DNA of 64,000 nt from an uncultured Planctomycetaceae bacterium (lineage in GTDB: Bacteria > Planctomycetota > Planctomycetia > Pirellulales > UBA1268), in NCBI GenBank assembly GCA_913052575.1, contig CAJXFK010000002.1:1746-65745 (forward strand), written 5' to 3'. The notes beneath the pieces were generated by a model. That model was not told the origin of the DNA. It saw nothing but the letters and a program-made list of their open reading frames with translations, and searched no databases. Made by a program: the position numbers and the translations under genes. This document shows positions 40,927 through 48,994 of this stretch, one piece after another (the first letter of the stretch is position 1; every line of letters starts with the position of its first letter).

Positions 40927-43472
40927 TGCGCAGCTCCTTCAAGTTCCTTCGCAGGCTCAGAATTTGACACCGACTGTGCCTGAATTCTCAGTTGCTCACG
41001 ACGAGAAAGTTTTTTCTCCTGTGGCTTTTTCTTTACAGGCTTCGGCTTTGGTGCTGCCTGAGACTTTACCGGCAGTGGCTTGTCTATTCTCAATTCAGTC
41101 GCTGCCATGCGATGAATAATCTGATCTCCTGCTTGAGGAACATGGACTTCACAGACAACATTTGCATGCCGGCCAGCAGGGGCATCGGCGGCAACTGACA
41201 CTGCAAATTCTACTTCTTTACTTTCTGAAGTAATCAGAAGGGGCTCAGACTTTGTTTTGGCTGGCAAACCCAGCAGCACCACCTTCGCTTCACCCTCAAA
41301 GGCAGTCGGCACCGTGACTGTACCTGTGAAGGTTGTGTCCTGCCCCTGTTCAGCCGTTCCTTTGTCGAGGGCAACCTGAACATAGGGTTCTGCCACGCTT
41401 AATTTTACTGGCTGAGAAGAAATCCGTATCGATGGACGGCCCTTTGCCTCTTCTCCTTCGAAAGTCACTGTGCCGGCCACGACAACATACCAATCTTTTA
41501 CTGGTGCACTGCCCGTAGCATTAATCGGAAACATGACCTCACTTTTGTCTGCTGGTACATCAACACCAGATGCAGCGCCTATTCCTGGTGGCTTAAAGGG
41601 GAAATAGAGTCGCACCTTACCTTGAAACCCTTCGGCTTTATGCACACGAACAACAAGCTCTGCCTTGCCGTTTTTTACAAGTGGTATCGAGGGCTGTATC
41701 AACTCAAGAGTCACCGGAATTTCCTGAACAACCGCAACTGGCATTTTGATACTATGGCTAGATCTCCATGGCGTACGATTCGGATTGCCATGAATCATCT
41801 CCGTTGCTTGCTCAAGCCTTCCAAGAACCTTATCTGGAGTTGCTGCGTCTACGGCTTTATATGCCACCATTGCTGCGTCGAGCGGCGCTTCTTGAGTTGC
41901 TTCAAAAACAACAAAGCCTCCTGGGGCACCGTTTTGAAATGGTGGGCTCGTCATAGTCACACCTTCTGGCAAACCTTCAGCAAGCACCTTGAGATCACTA
42001 CTAAAATTACTGCGAGATGCGTTCACAAGTACCGCTGCGCGATTTCCTCTCGGAATCTGTGGAAACAAGTCATCTTGTGATTTTGTACGCGACGGAGGAA
42101 CCGATAGTTTGACGAAGGGTACTATGGGCTCGACCTCAAGCCACCAGACAAACATTTCTCCACTACGCTTTTGATGATCTCTTATATGAATGAGAAAGGA
42201 ACCCTCCTCCGGCGTCGTCACATTCATAAGACTATCTGGCCCAGAGGAATCATCGTTGCCTGTGATCCGCGTATGCTTGTCGTTATCTCGATACGCGTTG
42301 AGCACGATGTCGACTGGTGACCCAAGCCGTCTTCCCCAGCCTTTTACAGACCATTTTGATCCTTTTGGTGCTTCAATTCTGATCCAGTCTACGTCGCCAT
42401 CTTTTTCGAATTGACCCCATATGGCAGCCGGAGCAGGAACACTCGGATTCCCGTTCGGTGAGTCGTTTGCATCCGTCTCCTTGCTGATAGGAAGATTTGT
42501 AACGCGAAGCGGGACACCTTCCGCCGCAATGATGCCTTTTCGCTGAGGGTGCACCGACAGCATGTGGCTGACTTCCGAGGAAGCACGACGAAAGGTATTG
42601 GGAATCTTTATTTTTTTCTCAAATCCACCGGCCGGATCACCAAGCCATTTCACGACCACCTCAGATCCTGGATTTGCTCCCGGAGGGAGTGCGACTGAGG
42701 GTGTTGGAAAGCGACCAACATGAAGCAGGTAACTGCACGCAGAACTTCCACCGTATGCACTCTCCCGCACCCTTACAAAATATTCCCCAGGCTCCGAGGC
42801 TGTGAAAGCTAGGAGCGCATCCTGTTCCATGAGTGGATGATCATCACTCGCTGCGACGACAAAACCTTTGGTATCAACAATGTCGATATACGGGTCGAAC
42901 GGTGTGTAGTTGAGACGAACACCATCAACCGCCACGGAAAGCCGTTCATCTTTGGCGAGTACAATCTTGTACCAATCAACGTCTTCTCGGTCCACAACTC
43001 CAGCGACTGTCAGACCACCGGCCTTTGGAAACGTGATCTCTTGCGCATCATCTGCCGTATTGTTAGGAGGTTTCTTCTGAGAAGAATCCGATTCGGCTTC
43101 CATCACATGTGGAAAAGGTCCGACCCGAAATGTCCGAAGAAACGAAAGGCCTTTTTTAGTCCGAACTCGAAAGCGATGATTACCAAAAGGAGCATCCTCC
43201 GGAACCTTCAGGACAACTTTAAACTGCTTATCGTTCACGGGTTCAATCTTTGTCTGCTGGACAATCCCGTCTTCAAAAAAGAGGGCCTGCGGTTCGTGCA
43301 GATTTGTACCCATCACGAGCACTTCACACTCACTCCCCCGCATTGCACCAGCCGGCACAACTTTGCTGATTGTCGGCGCAGCAAAACAGACACCCATCAG
43401 TAGGCCGTAACAGCTAAGAATTGCTCCGCACAGTCTCATGTTGTTTCGTTGAAAGGTCATCTTTTTCTTCAT
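40923..43472 (-). CDS. secreted multidomain protein (IPT/Ig-like domains plus two PPC-type pre-peptidase C-terminal-like domains, Lys/Pro-rich tail)
   Basis: 849 aa with a signal peptide (LCGAILSCYGLLMGVCFA). Two segments carry the PPC-like signature (...VVDREDVDWYKIVLAKDERLSV... and ...FEKDGDVDWIRIEAPKGSKWSV...). The C-terminus is KPKPVKKKPQEKK. Confidence 0.6.
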   Translation of the reverse strand: MKKKMTFQRNNMRLCGAILSCYGLLMGVCFAAPTISKVVPAGAMRGSECEVLVMGTNLHEPQALFFEDGIVQQTKIEPVNDKQFKVVLKVPEDAPFGNHRFRVRTKKGLSFLRTFRVGPFPHVMEAESDSSQKKPPNNTADDAQEITFPKAGGLTVAGVVDREDVDWYKIVLAKDERLSVAVDGVRLNYTPFDPYIDIVDTKGFVVAASDDHPLMEQDALLAFTASEPGEYFVRVRESAYGGSSACSYLLHVGRFPTPSVALPPGANPGSEVVVKWLGDPAGGFEKKIKIPNTFRRASSEVSHMLSVHPQRKGIIAAEGVPLRVTNLPISKETDANDSPNGNPSVPAPAAIWGQFEKDGDVDWIRIEAPKGSKWSVKGWGRRLGSPVDIVLNAYRDNDKHTRITGNDDSSGPDSLMNVTTPEEGSFLIHIRDHQKRSGEMFVWWLEVEPIVPFVKLSVPPSRTKSQDDLFPQIPRGNRAAVLVNASRSNFSSDLKVLAEGLPEGVTMTSPPFQNGAPGGFVVFEATQEAPLDAAMVAYKAVDAATPDKVLGRLEQATEMIHGNPNRTPWRSSHSIKMPVAVVQEIPVTLELIQPSIPLVKNGKAELVVRVHKAEGFQGKVRLYFPFKPPGIGAASGVDVPADKSEVMFPINATGSAPVKDWYVVVAGTVTFEGEEAKGRPSIRISSQPVKLSVAEPYVQVALDKGTAEQGQDTTFTGTVTVPTAFEGEAKVVLLGLPAKTKSEPLLITSESKEVEFAVSVAADAPAGRHANVVCEVHVPQAGDQIIHRMAATELRIDKPLPVKSQAAPKPKPVKKKPQEKKLSRREQLRIQAQSVSNSEPAKELEGAAQ

Positions 43473-43531
43473 AGCACGATCACTTCCTTAAACAATGGCT
43501 GCACATGCCTTGACGTCGTGGAACTTGCAGA

Positions 43532-44926
43532 TCAGACCAGCAACTCGTGCCGGACTTTACCACCATCAACGATTTCAACGGGACGCGCACCAGGCGCCAT
43601 GAGTTCTTTCTCTGCAACAATCCCGAGGCAGTGATACACCGTTGTTGCAAGGTCCTCGATACTGACAGGACTATCAAATGGCTCGGCTGCTATCGCGTCC
43701 GAAGCACCATGGATGAGGCCCTTCTTCACTCCACCTCCAGCCAGCACGGTACTGAAAACTTTGGGCCAATGATCACGACCAGAGTCCTTATTAATTTTTG
43801 GCGTACGACCAAACTCACTCGACACCATAACAAGTGTTGAATCGAGAAGACCACGCTGCTCAAGATCACGAATGAGTGCCGTAAATGCCTGATCGAATGC
43901 AGGAAGCGTACGATCAATACCCTGCTTTAATTTCTGATGCATATCCCAACTTCCATAGGACATGGTCACAAATCGGACACCCGCCTCCACGAGCCTTCGA
44001 GCAAGAATCATTCGCTGACCAGCTTGATTCCGACCGTATTGATCTCGCAGTTCCTTTGACTCGAGGTTTATATCAAAAGCTGCTTGTGCCTTTGATGAAC
44101 TCACGAGGTCATAGGCTCGTTGATAGAAACTGTCCATGGCCGTGATGTTGTCTGAGCCTTCAAGCCGATTGAAGTGCCTGCCAACAACGTTCCGCAAATG
44201 ACGACGGGTCTCAAATCGCTTCGGATCAACCCCACCAGGCAATGAAAGATCACGCACCGTAAAGTTCGGGCTCGCCGGGTCTGATCCGAGTGTAAATGGT
44301 CCAAATGCGCTCCCTAAATATCCAGCCTCAGCGTCAGGTGCAGGGAGAGTCGGCAAGCACACATATGGAGGCAAGTTTGCTCGTGAACCTAATTCATGCG
44401 AAACGACACTACCAAAACTTGGATAGGTGACTGCTGGGCTAGGGCGGTACCCCGTAAACATGTTATGAGTGCCACGCGGATGAGCCGCTTCGCCATGTGT
44501 CATTGAGCGAATGACTGTTATTTTATCTGCTATCTTCGCCGTGTTCTTCAGATGCTGATTAAAGCGAACACCAGGAAGAGCTGTTTGGACTGTTCCCATT
44601 TCGCCTCTGTACTCAAGAGGTGAGAGTGGCTTGGGATCAAACGTTTCCTGCTGGGACCAACCACCTGGAAGCCAGATATGAATGACGCTCTTGGCCGTTC
44701 CGTCGAAATGTTCAAACTGCTTCGCATCAGCCTGCGCCGCCCGCATACTCAAAAAGGAACCAAGCGATAAACCAAATCCAGCGAGGGTGCCAACCTGCAT
44801 GAAATCTCTTCGGCTACCGGCTTTCAATTGACGCAAAAAGTCACAACGATTGCTCGCATCATGCGAGAAGTTATGAGAATTCACGGGCAGTCTCCTTTCA
44901 CGAGTCTCAAGTGTACGTGTGAGCAT
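43532..44926 (-). CDS. DUF1501 domain protein (sulfatase-like fold) with Tat signal
   Basis: 464 aa. It has the twin-arginine motif SRRDFMQVGTLAGFGLSL and typical DUF1501 segments (MTHGEAAHPRG, GRDHWP). Confidence 0.8.
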   Translation of the reverse strand: MLTRTLETRERRLPVNSHNFSHDASNRCDFLRQLKAGSRRDFMQVGTLAGFGLSLGSFLSMRAAQADAKQFEHFDGTAKSVIHIWLPGGWSQQETFDPKPLSPLEYRGEMGTVQTALPGVRFNQHLKNTAKIADKITVIRSMTHGEAAHPRGTHNMFTGYRPSPAVTYPSFGSVVSHELGSRANLPPYVCLPTLPAPDAEAGYLGSAFGPFTLGSDPASPNFTVRDLSLPGGVDPKRFETRRHLRNVVGRHFNRLEGSDNITAMDSFYQRAYDLVSSSKAQAAFDINLESKELRDQYGRNQAGQRMILARRLVEAGVRFVTMSYGSWDMHQKLKQGIDRTLPAFDQAFTALIRDLEQRGLLDSTLVMVSSEFGRTPKINKDSGRDHWPKVFSTVLAGGGVKKGLIHGASDAIAAEPFDSPVSIEDLATTVYHCLGIVAEKELMAPGARPVEIVDGGKVRHELLV

Positions 44927-44928
44927 TG

Positions 44929-44952
44929 GGCAGTACTCCAGGCAGTACTCAG
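44929..44952. repeat. 2 x 12-nt tandem duplication just upstream of the DUF1501 start codon
   Basis: GGCAGTACTCCA is followed by GGCAGTACTCAG. On the coding (minus) strand the proximal copy supplies the GGAG Shine-Dalgarno sequence. Confidence 0.75.
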
Positions 44953-45097
44953 ATAATCGACCCTATATCTGTAATAATGTTACCCATCAAACATGCATTA
45001 CGCACCAAATGGGACCTGTCGTGAGTCTCATATCGGCGTGTTAGACTGCTTTTTGATTGAAAATCCAAAGAAACCACTATTAAGAGGGGGTAATCGC

Positions 45098-45457
45098 ATG
45101 ACCGTAGAGGTAACAAACCAACAAGGCGACAGAATTATCGAAGTGGCCACAACAGGAAAACTCACACGCGATGACTATGACACGTTTGTGCCCGTTATCG
45201 AATCGGAAATGAAAAAAGGAAAAGTAAAGATTCTCTTTTCAATGCATGACTTTTCGGGCTGGGACGCTGGTGCTCTCTGGGAAGATATCAAGTTTGATAT
45301 GAAACACTTCGGCGAAATCGAGCGACTCGCCATGGTGGGTGAAAAGAAATGGGAAGAGGGAATGGCATGGTTCTGCAAGCCCTTTACCACCGCAAAAATT
45401 TCCTACTTTGATCACACTGAAATAGACGCCGCCCGCTCTTGGCTCAAAGCTGATTAA
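45098..45457 (+). CDS. STAS/SpoIIAA-like (DUF3478-type) small protein
   Basis: 119 aa from the ATG at 45098, preceded by a strong GAGGGGG Shine-Dalgarno sequence. The pattern GKLTRDDYDTFVPVIE...WDAGALWEDIKFDMKHFGEIERLAMVG is typical of this family. Confidence 0.6.
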   Translation: MTVEVTNQQGDRIIEVATTGKLTRDDYDTFVPVIESEMKKGKVKILFSMHDFSGWDAGALWEDIKFDMKHFGEIERLAMVGEKKWEEGMAWFCKPFTTAKISYFDHTEIDAARSWLKAD

Positions 45458-45519
45458 TTCAACTTTGGTATTTCTTTCGAAATGAACATCAAGACATCTC
45501 CTGATTTTCATTCAGAATC

Positions 45520-46899
45520 CTAGGTGTCATCTTCGAGCGTGCGCTTTCCTCGAAGGAGATGGTGATAGTGTTGAGCAAAACGATGTGATTCATCACGAAC
45601 ATATTCCAGTAAACGCAACGAGTAAGCATCTCGTGACAATCGCAAGGGCTCCGATTTACCCGGCAGGAAAATTTCTTCTTCTCTTTTGGCAATTGACAAG
45701 ATACATGGTGGATCCACCCCAAGAGAATTTAGCGCATCCATCGCAGCAGATAACTGACCCTTGCCACCATCGATAAGAAATACATCTGGGAGAGATGCTC
45801 CTTCTCGAAGCAGTCGTGAAAATCTCCGCAACACAACCTCATGAATACTTTTAAAGTCATCGATGCCTTGAACTGTTTTGATTCGATATCGTTTGTATCC
45901 AGGCTTAAAAGGCAGACCATCAATAAACTGAACAAGACTGGCAACGGTTTCATTACCAGCCAGATGAGCAATATCAACGCCCTCAATGACGCGAGGAGGC
46001 CCTGGCAGACCAAGCACTTTCTCAAGGCCAGCAAGTCCTTTTTTCGGATCAACGAGAAACACTTCTGGCTGAACATGCTCTTCAAGATCACCTCGCTCAT
46101 GAAGCCGCTCAAGCAGTTTGATCTCGTCTCGAAGGCGTGCTGCCTTTTCATACTCAAGCCCTTGTGATGCCGACATCATTTCCGTCCGCATTTCTTCAAG
46201 GAGCCGTTTTTTTCCACCCTCGAGAAATGTTTTAAGTCGATGAATATCTTTTCGGTAATCCTCTTTTGTTATTCGAAGATTACATGGGGCTGTACACTGA
46301 CCAATTGAGGCGAGTAAGCATGGCCGAAACCAGCGCCACTGGGGATCATCCTTATCGATATCAAGCGAGCAGGTTCGAAATTTAAAAATTCTTTGGAGTA
46401 CGACAATCGCACCACGTAGGCTTCCCGCACTCGGAAACGGACCATAGAGTTTCACACCTTTGGAAGCTGGCGAACGAGTAAACTCAATCCGAGGGAAATC
46501 TTCGTGTGTTGTGATTTGTAAATATGGAAAGGTCTTGTCGTCTTTGAGTAAAGAATTAAATCGTGGCTGTACGTCTTTAATAAGACGACTTTCAAGAAGA
46601 AGTGCATCTACTTCACTATCTGCTTCGAGATAGTCAATGTCTCTTATTTCTTGAACCAGATCAGCTGTTCGACGATCAACCTCGGCAGCCTTCAGAAAGT
46701 AGCTCGAAGCCCGACTTCGTAGATTTTTTGCCTTACCCACGTAGATCACACGGCCGGCAATATCTTTCATCAAATAGACGCCCGCGGTCTGCGGAAAATC
46801 TCGCACCTTTCTGGCGGCTGTGGCGTAATCGCTCGACGTCACCGGCCTGTCGGTATCTGCCGGAGTTGTCTCAGAGTTCGCATTCGATGGATCGTTCAT
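45520..46899 (-). CDS. uvrC: excinuclease ABC subunit C-like protein, short form lacking the C-terminal (HhH)2 domain
   Basis: 459 aa. It has the GIY-YIG motif (GVYLMKD..GRVIYVGKAKNLRSRASSYF), the UVR motif (EYEKAARLRDEIKLLE) and an RNase-H-like endonuclease domain (IEGVDIAH...). It ends right after ESHRFAQHYHHLLRGKR. Confidence 0.8.
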   Translation of the reverse strand: MNDPSNANSETTPADTDRPVTSSDYATAARKVRDFPQTAGVYLMKDIAGRVIYVGKAKNLRSRASSYFLKAAEVDRRTADLVQEIRDIDYLEADSEVDALLLESRLIKDVQPRFNSLLKDDKTFPYLQITTHEDFPRIEFTRSPASKGVKLYGPFPSAGSLRGAIVVLQRIFKFRTCSLDIDKDDPQWRWFRPCLLASIGQCTAPCNLRITKEDYRKDIHRLKTFLEGGKKRLLEEMRTEMMSASQGLEYEKAARLRDEIKLLERLHERGDLEEHVQPEVFLVDPKKGLAGLEKVLGLPGPPRVIEGVDIAHLAGNETVASLVQFIDGLPFKPGYKRYRIKTVQGIDDFKSIHEVVLRRFSRLLREGASLPDVFLIDGGKGQLSAAMDALNSLGVDPPCILSIAKREEEIFLPGKSEPLRLSRDAYSLRLLEYVRDESHRFAQHYHHLLRGKRTLEDDT

Positions 46900-46945
46900 A
46901 TCTGTATTCTATGACGAATGTCGCAATTGCCAGCCGTCGTAGCAG

Positions 46946-46974
46946 CAGATTCTTTCGTAGTAACAGATTCTTTC
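46946..46974. promoter_or_regulatory. perfect 11-bp direct repeat with 7-bp spacer upstream of uvrC (candidate operator)
   Basis: CAGATTCTTTC-gtagtaa-CAGATTCTTTC, located 47 to 75 bp upstream of the uvrC start codon (46897-46899, minus strand). Confidence 0.4.
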
Positions 46975-47016
46975 TAAAAGATATCGAATAAGCAACACAA
47001 CTCGCACACCTTGAGA

Positions 47017-48900
47017 TCAAACTCCTACTCGTCTGCGTAAATCCTTCTCAAGGAGATCGAGTCGGCTTTCAAGGACCTGCTTTACAGACGGAAGTTCTTC
47101 TACTGCCAGCGGTGGAGAAAAGACAAAAAGGTAGAACTTGATTTTTGGCTCTGTACCAGACGGTCTCGCTGCTATTGCATTGCGAAGCGGTGGAAAGTCA
47201 TGTTCGGAACCCGGATTGCTTGGACAATCTGGATCAATGAGATCGAAGATAACAAGATCACCTTGCTCACCCTCAAACGGTGTTTCTCTCCCACCAGATT
47301 CCAGGAATTTAAGTTGCCCATAATCTCTTGCTCTTCTCACTGGTAGCCCACCAAATTCTGTAGGGAGATCTGCTCGTAGGCCCGCCATGATCTCTCGCAT
47401 CTGATCCATACCAGCAGCCCCTGGCAACTTGATTGCTACCTGACGTTCAAGATGACACCCGTAGGCACAAAATATTTCATCAAGCTTTTGATGTAACGTT
47501 TTTCCTTGCGACTTGAGATCTGCTGCTAATTCCGCGAGAAGTAACGCAGCGACACTAGCATCTTTGTCACGAACATGCGTTCCTGCTAGATAGCCATGAG
47601 ACTCCTCACAACCAAAAACAAAATTTTCCGCACCTACATCATCAATTGTCCGGCCTATCCATTTGAATCCAACTTGGAGCCAATCGATAACATTCACTCC
47701 ATACTTTTCACCAATGCAACGAATCAAGCCACTTGTCACAAGGGTCGTGACAACGGTGTCGGCAGACCGCAGCTTTTCCTGATCTCTTCTTTTTTTAAGC
47801 ACCCAGTCCGTCAGCAAGGCTCCAAGCTGGTTCCCTGTGAACGCCTTCCACAAACTACCGCTGACTCCGTCAATTGCAGCTGCTGCTCCAAGCCGATCAC
47901 AATCTGGATCACTTGCCATGACCACGTCATCAGATTGAGAGCGTGCCTCATCAATTGCACCGCTCATCACTGCGGGGTTTTCTGGATTTGCGACATGCCC
48001 CGGAACATTTGGAAAATCACCGTCTGGATCAGCTTGTGGACCAAACAATCTTACATCTTGAAAACCTGCTCCCTGAAGCACTGGAAGGACAGCTGTCGCA
48101 CCAACTCCATGGAGCGGTGTGTAAATGACTGAGAGATCACGTACACCTGGCGTTGCCTGTTTTAGCACTGCCTCTACAAAAGCCGTATCGATCTCATCTT
48201 CCATGAAGACAACTCGCCCCTTTTGAACTCCATCCTCAAAGGGAACTCGACCAATTTCGTTGACCTGCATCACGCGTTTGATAATACCCTTGTCGTGAGG
48301 TGGCAACACTTGAACACCACCAGCCCAGTACACCTTGACGGCATTATCACTAGGAGGATTATGGCTCGCCGTTACCATAATACCGCACGTGCTCTTGGTA
48401 TATCGAACCGCATACGAAAGTTCTGGTGTACTCCGAAAGCCTCTTAGAAAAAATATTTTAAACCCTGCTGCTAAAAGAACTTCGCTACACAACTTTGCAA
48501 AATGCTCTGAACGATGTCGCGTGTCGTATGCGATGGTACAACTTGGCTCACCCTCTGCGTGGCATGTTTCTGTGACATATTCTGCAAGCCCTTGAGCGCT
48601 CTCACCAATTGTTCGGTCATTGATAGCGTTTGACCCGACGGGAAACATTTTCCCGCGACGACCCCCTGTACCAAAAGGAATAACCGTCCAATATGCATCG
48701 TCGAGTGATTTCCAAATATCTTTATCGGATTTTGCACGCTGAATGAGATTAGCAAGTGGCTCAGCAAACTCTGAATATCGTGCTTCTGTTAACCATGTTC
48801 GCATCGTGGCTACCGAATGGTCCGTAATGGTCCCATCCTGATGGGTTCTATCCAGTTGTGCGAGACAATCAGTAAGCAGATCAGCAGACAGTGGTGTCAT
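47017..48900 (-). CDS. alpha-D-phosphohexomutase family protein (large PGM2/PgcA-like phosphoglucomutase/phosphomannomutase)
   Basis: It has the active-site loop GIMVTASHNPPSDNAVKVY, the metal loop ASDPDCDR and the sugar loop GCEESHGY. The start is placed at M102 of the track ORF (ATG at 48898-48900), because the longer ORF overlaps the divergent neighbouring gene. Confidence 0.8.
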   Translation of the reverse strand: MTPLSADLLTDCLAQLDRTHQDGTITDHSVATMRTWLTEARYSEFAEPLANLIQRAKSDKDIWKSLDDAYWTVIPFGTGGRRGKMFPVGSNAINDRTIGESAQGLAEYVTETCHAEGEPSCTIAYDTRHRSEHFAKLCSEVLLAAGFKIFFLRGFRSTPELSYAVRYTKSTCGIMVTASHNPPSDNAVKVYWAGGVQVLPPHDKGIIKRVMQVNEIGRVPFEDGVQKGRVVFMEDEIDTAFVEAVLKQATPGVRDLSVIYTPLHGVGATAVLPVLQGAGFQDVRLFGPQADPDGDFPNVPGHVANPENPAVMSGAIDEARSQSDDVVMASDPDCDRLGAAAAIDGVSGSLWKAFTGNQLGALLTDWVLKKRRDQEKLRSADTVVTTLVTSGLIRCIGEKYGVNVIDWLQVGFKWIGRTIDDVGAENFVFGCEESHGYLAGTHVRDKDASVAALLLAELAADLKSQGKTLHQKLDEIFCAYGCHLERQVAIKLPGAAGMDQMREIMAGLRADLPTEFGGLPVRRARDYGQLKFLESGGRETPFEGEQGDLVIFDLIDPDCPSNPGSEHDFPPLRNAIAARPSGTEPKIKFYLFVFSPPLAVEELPSVKQVLESRLDLLEKDLRRRVGV

Positions 48901-48994
48901 CAGAAACTCCGGGGAAACACGGGTATTCGTTACATTCCGTTTGGATTTATACTCTGCCTCTCCAAAACATGCAGCTATTTTCAATGGAAAATCA

